Source of the DNA: Buchnera aphidicola (Neophyllaphis podocarpi)
Lineage (GTDB): Bacteria; Pseudomonadota; Gammaproteobacteria; Enterobacterales; Enterobacteriaceae
Assembly (NCBI RefSeq): GCF_964059055.1
Contig: NZ_OZ060386.1
Location: 510,001 to 542,000 of the forward strand
DNA: 32,000 bases
Reading direction: 5' to 3'
Position numbers and translations under genes: made by a program. The notes under the pieces are model-generated. The model saw only the letters and a program-made list of their open reading frames with translations, had not been told where the DNA came from and did no database searches. Shown here piece after piece: positions 7,709-19,698 of the stretch (position 1 is its first letter; the number at the start of each line of letters is the position of its first letter).

Positions 7709-8161
7709 TTATTTCTTAGATATAGCATTTACAATAAATGTAGTAGAAATATTTTTATAAGGACTAAAAACTACCTCATACTTTCCAACACTTCGTATTG
7801 TATTTGACAATAAATTAATTTCACTTTTATGAACTATAATACCTAAAGATTGTAAAGTATTAATTATGTCTCTTACACCTATAGAACCAAAAAATTTTCC
7901 ATCTATACTAGATTTAGAAGCAATATTTATCATCCCTATAGATTTAATTTGATCAACTTTATTTTTAGAAGAAATAATTTTTTGATCTATTTGTTTTTTT
8001 ATCTCTAATTTTTTATTTTCAAAATATGTAATATTTTTTTTAGTAGCTAATACAGCTTTTTTACTTGGAATTAAAAAATTATTAGCATATCCAGGTAATA
8101 CTTTAACAATATCTCCCTTATTACCTAAATTTGAAATTTTTTCTAATAAAATTATTTGCAT
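7709..8161 (-). CDS. rplI: 50S ribosomal protein L9
   Basis: 150 aa. MQIILLEKISNLGNKGDIVKVLPGYANNFLIPSKKAV compares with E. coli [37 protein letters not shown]. It is the last gene of the rpsF-rpsR-rplI cluster. Confidence 0.95.
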   Translation of the reverse strand: MQIILLEKISNLGNKGDIVKVLPGYANNFLIPSKKAVLATKKNITYFENKKLEIKKQIDQKIISSKNKVDQIKSIGMINIASKSSIDGKFFGSIGVRDIINTLQSLGIIVHKSEINLLSNTIRSVGKYEVVFSPYKNISTTFIVNAISKK

Positions 8162-8212
8162 TATATAAAATCCTTAAAATTTTAAAATAAATTAAAATAA
8201 TAAATTGAATAA

Positions 8213-8440
8213 TCAATTATGTTTATCAGTATAAGGTAATAAAGATAAAAATCTAGCTGTTTTAATAGCTTTAGATAATTGACGTTGATATTTAGCTTTT
8301 GTACCAGTAATGCGACTAGGAACTATTTTACCACTTTCTGTTATATAATTTTTCAACATAACTATATCTTTATAATCTATTTCTGTAATTCCTTCAGCTG
8401 TAAAACGACAAAATTTTCTACGACGAAAGTAACGTGCCAT
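8213..8440 (-). CDS. rpsR: 30S ribosomal protein S18
   Basis: 75 aa. [53 protein letters not shown] is almost identical to E. coli S18. Confidence 0.97.
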   Translation of the reverse strand: MARYFRRRKFCRFTAEGITEIDYKDIVMLKNYITESGKIVPSRITGTKAKYQRQLSKAIKTARFLSLLPYTDKHN

Positions 8441-8526
8441 TTTTTTTCCTTATTAAAAATTCGAAATAAAAAACTAATTTTACATTAAATTTTATTTAAA
8501 ATTTTATAATTCTAAAAGATAAATTT

Positions 8527-8901
8527 TTATAAACTAACAAAAGATTTATTTTGAATGATATCTTTTTTATCAAAATTATCATCTTTTAATTTTGCAATAG
8601 GAGAAATTTCTGTATATGCTTTTTTTACTTTTATAATTAAATTTCTAATAATATATTTGTTAAATCTAAAATTATCTTCTAATTTTTTTATTGTATTTAA
8701 ATCTACCTCTAAATTCATTAAAATATAGTGCGCTTTATGCAATTTATTTATAGTATAAGATAATTGACGTCTACCCCAATCTTCTAAACGATGCAATATA
8801 CCATTATTATCTTTTATAATTTTTTTATAATTTTGAACTATACTTGTAATTTCTTCGCTTTGATCAGGATGAATTATCAATATAATTTCATAATGCCTCA
8901 T
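8527..8901 (-). CDS. rpsF: 30S ribosomal protein S6
   Basis: 124 aa. [16 protein letters not shown]...[29 protein letters not shown] matches E. coli S6. Confidence 0.96.
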   Translation of the reverse strand: MRHYEIILIIHPDQSEEITSIVQNYKKIIKDNNGILHRLEDWGRRQLSYTINKLHKAHYILMNLEVDLNTIKKLEDNFRFNKYIIRNLIIKVKKAYTEISPIAKLKDDNFDKKDIIQNKSFVSL

Positions 8902-9067
8902 GAAAGTATCCTTATATAAATTTATAAAATATTTTATATTGAATTGTTTGAATAATAAATAACTTTTTACAATATAAAATTTATTTTTTAAATTTAATTA
9001 AATTTTATAATATAATTTTATTTTAAAAAATTTAATTAATGATAGATTATTATACTACATATAAAAA

Positions 9068-11269
9068 TTAATTAAAATAAACAAAAGAACAATTTATTTT
9101 ATGCTCATATAAATTTACATCAGTAATTTTAACTTTTATTGTATCTCCTAAATAAAAAACTTTTTTAGAAAATTGATGGATTAATTGTTGATTTAAAATA
9201 TCTAAATAAAAAATCTTATTATTAATAGAATTAATACAAATAAAAGAGTCAATAAATAAATTATTTAATTTAACAAAAATACCTAAAGAAGTAATATTAA
9301 AAATAACAGCATTAAATATCTTGCCAATCTTAGATTTCATAAAATTACATTTTAACCAATCAATAACATTTTTAGTTACTTCATCTGCACGTCTTTCTGT
9401 CATAGAACATAAAACACCTAACTTTTTCATATCTGTTATACTATAATGATAACCACCAGAACTTAAATTATTAAACTTATAATGAAATAATTTTTTCTTT
9501 TTAATTAAGTATTTTATAGAACGATGCAATAAAAGATCTGGATATCTTCTAATAGGAGATGTAAAGTGAGCATAATGAGACAAAGATAATCCAAAATGAC
9601 CTCTGTTCTCTGAATCATAAATAGCTTGTTTCATAGATCTTAAAAGATTAATCTGAATTATTTCTTTATGTGAATGTTTTTTTAAATTATTTAATAATAA
9701 AGAATAATTCAAAGAACTAGGATTCTTACCTCCTTTAAGAGTTAAACCAAATTTTTTTAATAAATAACGAAAATTAATTACATTATTAGTATTTGGTTTA
9801 TCATGATCTCTAAACAAGGAAGGTTCAGAATATTTTAAAACAAGGTCAGCTGAGGAAATATTTGCTAATATCATACAATATTCAATCAAACGATGAGAAT
9901 TATTTCTTTTAGCACGATAAATATATTTAATATTATTTTGTTCATCTAAAATAAATTTTGGTTCTGGATTTTCAAAATTAATACTTCCTCTATTTTTTTG
10001 AGAAATTTCTAGAACAGAATAAAAAAATGATAATTTATTTACAAAATCAATAATATTTTTTTTATATTTATTAATTATTTTTTTATTACCTCTCCATATA
10101 TTATAAACTTCTTCATATGTCAAACGTCCATGAGAAACAATTACAGCTTCATAATGTTTGTAATTAATAATTTCTCCTGAACTTGATAATTTAATCTCAC
10201 AAATCAAACATAATCTTTCAAGATTAGGTTTTAGAGAACAAATATCATTTGAAAGTTTTTCTGGAAGCATAGGTATAACTTGAAAAGGAAAGTAGATTGA
10301 AGTACCTCTTTTTTTAGCCTCGATATCTAATAAAGTTCCAGGTTTTACATAATAACTTACATCAGATACAGCTACCCAAAGATTCCAACCTATTCCTGAT
10401 ATTTCTTTACAAAAAATAGCATCATCAAAATCATGAGCATCATCATTATCTATTGTAATAAAAGGTAAATTTCTTAAATCAACTCTGTTTTTTAAAATAT
10501 TTTGAGATATAGATTCTTTAATTTTAGAAATTTTATTTTTAATTTTTTTAGACCATTTATGAGGAACTTCATAAGTACGTAAAGCAATTTTGAGAGCTAA
10601 ATTAGTAGTAATTTTTTTTCCAAGTATTTCAACAATTTTACCTACAGCTTTACTAGAAAAATTATTAGGACGTTTGATTAATTCTACAACAACAACAGAT
10701 TCATTTAATTTATCTAAATTAAATCCATCAAATATTAAAATTTTAAAATTAAATCTATTGTCATTTGGAACAACAAAATTATGATTTTTATCATTATAAA
10801 AAAATTTACCAACTATTTTTCTATTTTTTAAATTTAATACTTTTAATATTCTAGCTTCCTGTTTTTGAGTTTTTTTAGTTTGATGAATTTTAGCAAGTAC
10901 AACATCTCCATGAATACAAAGTCTCATTTGACGAGAAGAAATCCATAAATCATTTTTTAAAGTAATACTTTTTAAAAATCCATATCCATCTCTATGACCT
11001 ATTACTATACCTTTAATTAAAGTAATATTCTCAGGTAAAGTATAATATTTTTTTTTAAAAGAAATTATTTGACAATCACGCTCCATAGCTTTTAAACGTT
11101 TTTTTATAATTTTGTTTTGTTTTAATCCTTTTATACCTAAATTGATTAATAGTTCTTTTTTATTAATAAATTTTTTATTTTTACTAAAGAAAGATAAAAT
11201 AAACTCTCTACTAGGTACTGGATTAGTATATTTTTTAGATTCTCTTTTATAAAAAGGATCTTGTATCAT
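9068..11269 (-). CDS. rnr: Ribonuclease R (VacB)
   Basis: 733 aa. RNB-domain motifs are present: ITIDNDDAHDFDDAI, RGTSIYFP, HFGLSLSHYAHFTSPIRRYPDLLLHR. A C-terminal S1-like segment is also present. It sits next to purA, as in E. coli. Confidence 0.93.
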   Translation of the reverse strand: MIQDPFYKRESKKYTNPVPSREFILSFFSKNKKFINKKELLINLGIKGLKQNKIIKKRLKAMERDCQIISFKKKYYTLPENITLIKGIVIGHRDGYGFLKSITLKNDLWISSRQMRLCIHGDVVLAKIHQTKKTQKQEARILKVLNLKNRKIVGKFFYNDKNHNFVVPNDNRFNFKILIFDGFNLDKLNESVVVVELIKRPNNFSSKAVGKIVEILGKKITTNLALKIALRTYEVPHKWSKKIKNKISKIKESISQNILKNRVDLRNLPFITIDNDDAHDFDDAIFCKEISGIGWNLWVAVSDVSYYVKPGTLLDIEAKKRGTSIYFPFQVIPMLPEKLSNDICSLKPNLERLCLICEIKLSSSGEIINYKHYEAVIVSHGRLTYEEVYNIWRGNKKIINKYKKNIIDFVNKLSFFYSVLEISQKNRGSINFENPEPKFILDEQNNIKYIYRAKRNNSHRLIEYCMILANISSADLVLKYSEPSLFRDHDKPNTNNVINFRYLLKKFGLTLKGGKNPSSLNYSLLLNNLKKHSHKEIIQINLLRSMKQAIYDSENRGHFGLSLSHYAHFTSPIRRYPDLLLHRSIKYLIKKKKLFHYKFNNLSSGGYHYSITDMKKLGVLCSMTERRADEVTKNVIDWLKCNFMKSKIGKIFNAVIFNITSLGIFVKLNNLFIDSFICINSINNKIFYLDILNQQLIHQFSKKVFYLGDTIKVKITDVNLYEHKINCSFVYFN

Positions 11270-11519
11270 ATTTTTATTTCCACATTCTATTTCTAAAAAT
11301 ATAAAATATTATTTTATTTTTAACTTTATATAAAAATATAGCTAAAAAAATTAAATACCAAATAAAAAAATTTTAAATAAAATATTAAATTTTTAAAAAT
11401 ATTAACAATATATATTACATTATTAAAAATTAACATTAAATATATAAAAATTAAAATAACTATTTAAAATAAATATCATAGTAATAAAAATATAAGTTTA
11501 ATTTCATTTATATGATTTT

Positions 11520-13837
<2,318 letters not shown>

Positions 13838-13907
13838 GTTAAAGTTTTATTCCTTTTTATAGTATTAAAAATTAAATACATCAATTTGATAACAAAAACT
13901 TGTATAA

Positions 13908-15068
13908 TTATTTATTATCTAAGTATTTTTCTAAATTATTATTATAATTTTGAGTTTTACTCTCAGGTTTATCAATATTTTTTATAAATTCATTTTTATT
14001 ATTTTCATAATTAAGATTGTTTTTAAAAAAACTAAATGGCAATAATAATAAATTATTTTTATTAGAATTAATAAAAATTTTATTAGAACGACTCAATATT
14101 CTTTCCATTGACTCTATATACAGTCTTTCTTTTGTAACCCTTTTAGAAGATTTATATTCAGGTAAAATTTTTAAGAATCTAGAAATTTCACCTTTAGCTT
14201 CTAACACTATTCTCGATCTATAAGCTTTAGATTCTTCAATTATTCTTTGAGCTTGTCCATTAGCTCTAGGTTGAACTTCGTTAGAATAAGCTTCAGCTTC
14301 TCTTATATATTGTTCTCTATTTTCTCTAGCAGCTATAGCATCATCAAAAGAATCTTTAACTTCTTCTGGAGGTCTAGCTGTTTGAAAATTAACATCTAGT
14401 AAAGTTATACCCATTTTATAAGGTTTTATAGTTTTTTCTATTTCATTTTGAGTATCGCCTCTAATTATTGTTCTTCCTTCAGTCAAAACTCTATCCATAG
14501 AGGATTTACCTATAACGCCTCTAAGAGCACTATCTGTAGCTTGACGCAAACTTTCATCTGGATTATTTACATTAAAAAGATAAAATTCAGGATTTGTTAT
14601 TTTATATTGCACATTCATTTCAACTTTAACAACATTTTCATCAGAAGTTAACATTATACCAGATGCTGATAATTCTCTTACTGTTTCAACATTAACTGTT
14701 TTAACATTATTTATAAAGGTAGGTTTCCAATTCAAACCAGGCATAACTATATTACTAAATTTACCAAAACTAGTAACAACACCTCTATCTGTTTCTTTTA
14801 TTGTATAAAAACCACTTAATATCCAGGAAATTATGCAAACTATTAAAATAAAATAAAAAGTTTTTTTAAATCTTGTTCGTGATAAATTATCATTATTAAA
14901 ATTATTTTTATAAAAAAATCCAAAAATATTTTTTAAAAAATTTAATTTATTCTTAGTAAAATATTTTTTTTTGCATACATTGTCATTTAAACTATTTTTA
15001 TATATATTAATTTTTTTTTCCAAATTATTAAAATAGTGTTTATTAATATTAGATTTAACATAAATCAT
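13908..15068 (-). CDS. hflK: FtsH protease modulator HflK
   Basis: 386 aa. GFYTIKETDRGVVTSFGKFSNIVMPGLNWKPTFI and LDVNFQTARPPEEVKDSFDDAIAARENREQYIREAEAYSNEVQPRANGQAQRI are near-identical to E. coli HflK blocks. Confidence 0.94.
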   Translation of the reverse strand: MIYVKSNINKHYFNNLEKKINIYKNSLNDNVCKKKYFTKNKLNFLKNIFGFFYKNNFNNDNLSRTRFKKTFYFILIVCIISWILSGFYTIKETDRGVVTSFGKFSNIVMPGLNWKPTFINNVKTVNVETVRELSASGIMLTSDENVVKVEMNVQYKITNPEFYLFNVNNPDESLRQATDSALRGVIGKSSMDRVLTEGRTIIRGDTQNEIEKTIKPYKMGITLLDVNFQTARPPEEVKDSFDDAIAARENREQYIREAEAYSNEVQPRANGQAQRIIEESKAYRSRIVLEAKGEISRFLKILPEYKSSKRVTKERLYIESMERILSRSNKIFINSNKNNLLLLPFSFFKNNLNYENNKNEFIKNIDKPESKTQNYNNNLEKYLDNK

Positions 15069-15173
15069 ATTTTAATACCCCAACTATTTATAGTAGTATA
15101 GAATAGATAATAAGTTTAGAAATTTTCTTTTTTAATAATTAATCTAATTATTTTATTATTAAGTCTATTTATA

Positions 15174-16142
15174 TTATTTTATCCTATTACAATGCGTTAA
15201 AAACTTAAATATAATATCTTTAAATATATCAACTTGATTATTTTTTATAACTTTTAAATTTTTCCACTTTCTTAACCAAGTTATTTGACGTTTAGCTAAT
15301 TGTCTTGTAGAACAAATTGATCTATATATCATTTCATCATAACTAATTTTTTTTGCAATATAATTCCACATTTGACGATATCCTACACATTTAATAGATG
15401 GTAAATTTGAATTAAGATCCCCTCTTAAGAATAATGATCTTACTTCATTTTCAAAACCATCTGTTAACATTTTCTCAAAACGAGTTTTTATAATTTTATG
15501 TAGTTTATTTCTATCATCAGGTATAATTGCTACTTGTAATATTTTATATGGAAAAAATTTATAATTATATTTATGTAATTCACTAACTTTTTTACCTGAA
15601 ATAAAAAAAATTTCTAAAGCTCTGATAACTCTTGATAAATCATTAGAATGAATTTTATTAGAATAAATAGGATCAATTTTATTTAAAATATTATATAATT
15701 TTTTACTACCAAATTTACTAGCATAATTGTAAATATTATCTCTCACTATTCTATTACTAATTGGCAAATTACTAAAACCATTTAAAAGTATCTTGTAATA
15801 TAACATTGTACCCCCCACTAACAATGGTATTTTGCCTTTATTTATAACTTTATTTATACTATCAATTGCATCATAATAAAAATTTATTACTGAATAAGAT
15901 TCAGAAGGATCTTTAATATTAATTAGATGATGGGGATGATTTAATAATTGATTAAAAGATGGTTTGGATGTGCCAATATTCATATCTCGATAGATTAAAG
16001 CAGAATCAACACTAATCAATTCTATAGGAAAGTATTTTTTAATTTCTATAGCTAATTTAGTTTTTCCGGAAGCTGTAGGCCCCATTAGAAAAATTACAGT
16101 ATTATTATAATAATTTTTATATTTTATATATTTAATACACAT
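15174..16142 (-). CDS. miaA: tRNA dimethylallyltransferase
   Basis: 322 aa. FLMGPTASGKT P-loop, ISVDSALIYRDMNIGTSKP and RQLAKRQITWLR match E. coli MiaA. Confidence 0.93.
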   Translation of the reverse strand: MCIKYIKYKNYYNNTVIFLMGPTASGKTKLAIEIKKYFPIELISVDSALIYRDMNIGTSKPSFNQLLNHPHHLINIKDPSESYSVINFYYDAIDSINKVINKGKIPLLVGGTMLYYKILLNGFSNLPISNRIVRDNIYNYASKFGSKKLYNILNKIDPIYSNKIHSNDLSRVIRALEIFFISGKKVSELHKYNYKFFPYKILQVAIIPDDRNKLHKIIKTRFEKMLTDGFENEVRSLFLRGDLNSNLPSIKCVGYRQMWNYIAKKISYDEMIYRSICSTRQLAKRQITWLRKWKNLKVIKNNQVDIFKDIIFKFLTHCNRIK

Positions 16143-16260
16143 ATTTTAAAAAAATTTATATTATTAATTATTTAATAATATAAAAATTTATCTCTATTAA
16201 AGAATAGATTCATAAAAAATTTTAAAAATAGATTTATATTTAAAAAATATTTTATTTCAT

Positions 16261-17466
16261 TTAATTTGAAAGAAGTTTAATCTTTTTAAGATAATATTTA
16301 CTTAAATCAAAATATGAATTTAATATACAAAATAGTATTTTTTTGTGATTATTATCTAATCCACAAAAATTTACTAAGGTTTTGTATATACCTTCTTTTT
16401 GAATAAAGTTATGTAATCTGTTAGATTCTATATCTTTTGGATGTCTATAATGCAAAACCGATGCTATACCTATTAATAAATTAGAATTAGATAAATTATA
16501 TTTTAAAGTTCCTAACAAAGGTCTAATAAACCTTTCATTAAACTTTAATTTTTGAATTGGATTTCTAGCAACACGTACTATACTATCATTTATATATATA
16601 TTTTTAAAACGACTAATAGTTTTATTGATATACAAATAATGAGATTCAGGTTTTAAATTATATTTTTTAATTAAAAATTCTCCAGTTTCTTGCATTGCTC
16701 CTAAAACTATTTTATATATCCTATCATCTGAAATAGCTTCTATAATTTTTTGATAACCATAAACATTTCCTAAATAAGCAGTAATTGCATGACCTGTGTT
16801 TAAAGTAAATATTTTTCTTTCAATATAATAAATTAAATTATTTTTAAATTTTACACCATGTATATTGGGTATTAATCCTTTAAATTGATTTTTATCAACA
16901 ACCCATTCATAAAATGACTCAACATTTACTGACAATTTTTTATCTTCTTTAGTTGTTTTTAAAGGAACAATTCTATCAACAGAAGAATTGATAAAACCTA
17001 TATAATCATGTATAAAATTATGTAATTTTGTGGGTATATATTTAATTATTTGTTGGTATAAGTAATTAGTCGCATATATTAAATTTTCACATGAAATAAT
17101 ATTTAAAGGATGAAAATTTTTTTTATTACTTCTTAAAATTAAACCTTTTGCAATTATTAAGGATATATCCTTTAAGACATTAACTCCAACAGAAGTGGTA
17201 ATCAAATCTACCTCACCTATTAATGATATAACTTTTATATCATTACTATGAACAACATTTATTCCTCTAATTTCTTTTGTAATTAATCTCTTACCTAATT
17301 CATTAACTAGATATTTTTTTTCTAAACTTAAAATTTTTAATATATTTTCATCTATATCTGCAAAATATACAACAAAATTAGATTTAATTAATAATTGACC
17401 TATAAAACCTAATCCAATATTGCCGGCTCCAAAGTGTAAAGCTTTTAATTTTTGTATTTTAGACAA
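16261..17466 (-). CDS. mtlD: Mannitol-1-phosphate 5-dehydrogenase. The start is probably the TTG at 17466. The longest ORF begins at another TTG at 17496.
   Basis: KALHFGAGNIGLGFIG is the NAD-binding N-terminus of E. coli MtlD (MKALHFGAGNIGRGFIG). Both candidate starts are TTG. The one at 17466 is preceded by AAGAGGTG about 5 nt upstream, a strong Shine-Dalgarno match. The gene is downstream of mtlA. Confidence 0.9.
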   Translation of the reverse strand: MSKIQKLKALHFGAGNIGLGFIGQLLIKSNFVVYFADIDENILKILSLEKKYLVNELGKRLITKEIRGINVVHSNDIKVISLIGEVDLITTSVGVNVLKDISLIIAKGLILRSNKKNFHPLNIISCENLIYATNYLYQQIIKYIPTKLHNFIHDYIGFINSSVDRIVPLKTTKEDKKLSVNVESFYEWVVDKNQFKGLIPNIHGVKFKNNLIYYIERKIFTLNTGHAITAYLGNVYGYQKIIEAISDDRIYKIVLGAMQETGEFLIKKYNLKPESHYLYINKTISRFKNIYINDSIVRVARNPIQKLKFNERFIRPLLGTLKYNLSNSNLLIGIASVLHYRHPKDIESNRLHNFIQKEGIYKTLVNFCGLDNNHKKILFCILNSYFDLSKYYLKKIKLLSN

Positions 17467-17506
17467 GAAACACCTCTTTATATAAATAAAAAACAAAATA
17501 ATACTA

Positions 17507-19453
17507 TTACAAAGATAAAATTTCTAGCACTCTATTATAATCTTTAGTATTAGATAACTCTTTAATAATATTTTCGTCATCTAATGCATTAGTAAGACTA
17601 CTAACAACCATAACATGTTCATTATTACGTGCGGCAATACCAATAACTAAATGTGCAATATCATCAATATTTTCTCCAAATTGAACTCCTTTAGGAAACT
17701 GACAAAAAATTATTCCAGTATTTAATACCTTATCTTTAGCACTAATAGTACCATGAGGCAAAGCTATAGATTCACCTAACCAAGTTGGTGCAAGTTTTTC
17801 TCTTTCTAACATAGATTTTATATATTCAAATTTGACATATCCCTGTTCAAATAATTTTGAACCAACAAAATTTATAGCCTCTTCTTTATTATAAGCATAT
17901 TGATTAAGAAAAATATTTTTTTTAGTTAATTTAAATAATTTTTGATTATTTACATTATTTTTCATTTTAGAATTCAATTCAGTATTTGAAATAGTATCTG
18001 AATTAGATTTGTTTGTAACTTTTTGCAAATATTTAATTAAATCATCATAAAAATGATAATCTAAAAAATTATTTAACGAAAAATGCATAGCTGTAGGAAC
18101 ACAAGATTTAGCTTTATCAGTCAGTTTAATGTGAGTAATAACAATATCAGCATTTTTAGGTAAAACATCAATAGCTGAATAATTTACTGAAACAAATAAA
18201 GGTAATTTGGAAAGTTTAACTTTTTTATTTAAAATAGCAGCACCCATAATACTAGAACCCATACCAGCATCACAAGCAACAAATATTTTAATTATTTTAT
18301 CTTTATTTAAGGAGTAAGAAATATTATCAATTGATTTTAATAAGTTTAAATTTTTGTTTAAATCAGTGTTTAAGTTTAAAGAACTACCATATCCTTTGAT
18401 ATCTTTTTGCTTAATAGTTTTTAATAAAAAAGATGAACAAACAAAAGAAACAAAAAAAGAAAAAAAAACAGACATTAAATTAGAATAATAATAATCTTTT
18501 GGAGTCATAGCTATTATTGATAAAATAGAACCAGGGGATGCTGAAGAAATCAATCCTCCATGAAAAAATGATAAAAAAAATATACCAGTCATACTACCTA
18601 AAATCAAAGCAATAATCAATCTTGGAATTTTTAAAACATAAGGAAAATAAATTTCATGTATGCCACCAAAAAAATGAATAATAGTAGAACTATAAATTAT
18701 CTTTTTATTAGAATGATAACCAAATAATAACCATGAAATTAATACACCAAGACCTGGACCAGGATTAGATTCTAAAAGAAAAAACAAAGATTTTCCTTTT
18801 TCTTGAACCTCTTGAAAACCTAAAGGAGAAAAAATTCCATGATTAATCATATTATTTAGAAAAAAAATTTTTGCTGGTTCTATAAAAATTGCTGAAAAAG
18901 GTAGTAAATTATTTTTTATAATAAAACTAATGAAATAAAATAAATATGAAGAAAAATAATTTACAAAAGGACCTATAATGAAAAAAGATAAAATTAGAGA
19001 TAAAATACTAATAATAGCAGATGAAAAATTATTAACTAGCATTTCAAAACCACTTTTTATTCTCTTTTGTATTTTCTTATCAAGTAAATAAATTAAAAAT
19101 CCAGCTAATGGACCAGAAATCATAACTCCTAACAAAGCATGTATAGAACTATTACTAATAATACCTATAGTAGATATAGCTCCAGGTATACCACCACGAT
19201 CTCCTCCGATTAAGCGTCCTCCTGTATAACCAATTAATATAGGTAGTAAATAAGAAGAAATAGGAAATATTAATTCTGACAGATATTTATTTGGTATCCA
19301 GCCATAAGGCATGAATAATGAATTTATTAAACCTAAAGCAATAAAGATACTAATATTAGGCATAATCATATTACTTAAAAATTTGCCTAATTTTTGTATA
19401 TTAGTTTTCAAAAAAGATAAATTAAAAAATGATTTTTTAGTATTAGTAAACAT
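17507..19453 (-). CDS. mtlA: PTS mannitol-specific EIICBA component
   Basis: 648 aa. It has a polytopic EIIC domain, the EIIB active-site cysteine context VACDAGMGSSIMGA and the EIIA histidine context GESIALPHGT. All three are as in E. coli MtlA. Confidence 0.93.
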   Translation of the reverse strand: MFTNTKKSFFNLSFLKTNIQKLGKFLSNMIMPNISIFIALGLINSLFMPYGWIPNKYLSELIFPISSYLLPILIGYTGGRLIGGDRGGIPGAISTIGIISNSSIHALLGVMISGPLAGFLIYLLDKKIQKRIKSGFEMLVNNFSSAIISILSLILSFFIIGPFVNYFSSYLFYFISFIIKNNLLPFSAIFIEPAKIFFLNNMINHGIFSPLGFQEVQEKGKSLFFLLESNPGPGLGVLISWLLFGYHSNKKIIYSSTIIHFFGGIHEIYFPYVLKIPRLIIALILGSMTGIFFLSFFHGGLISSASPGSILSIIAMTPKDYYYSNLMSVFFSFFVSFVCSSFLLKTIKQKDIKGYGSSLNLNTDLNKNLNLLKSIDNISYSLNKDKIIKIFVACDAGMGSSIMGAAILNKKVKLSKLPLFVSVNYSAIDVLPKNADIVITHIKLTDKAKSCVPTAMHFSLNNFLDYHFYDDLIKYLQKVTNKSNSDTISNTELNSKMKNNVNNQKLFKLTKKNIFLNQYAYNKEEAINFVGSKLFEQGYVKFEYIKSMLEREKLAPTWLGESIALPHGTISAKDKVLNTGIIFCQFPKGVQFGENIDDIAHLVIGIAARNNEHVMVVSSLTNALDDENIIKELSNTKDYNRVLEILSL

Positions 19454-19698
19454 ATTTAACTTAATCCTATAATATTTCTATAATTATACAAATAATATTG
19501 TTTTATACAATTTAAAATAAATTTCTAAATAATAAAAATAAGAATTTTGAAATTATTTTTTAAAATTAAAAATAGAAAAAACTAAAAGTCAAAAACAAAT
19601 ATTTTTATGAAAAATTATTCCAAGAAAATATTAAAAATAGATAAAATCTTATTCTTTATAAAACTTATTTTAGTATCTATATAAATAAATAGATTAAT

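Noticed and set aside
8279-8488. 69-aa ORF on the plus strand
   Set aside because: It is antisense to the near-invariant rpsR gene and has no motif.
16155-16184. 13-bp A/T-only hairpin followed on the minus strand by TTTTTT, downstream of mtlD
   Set aside because: It has terminator-like architecture. However, the stem has no G-C pairs and so very low stability, and it abuts the miaA start. I do not report it as a feature, only inside a finding.
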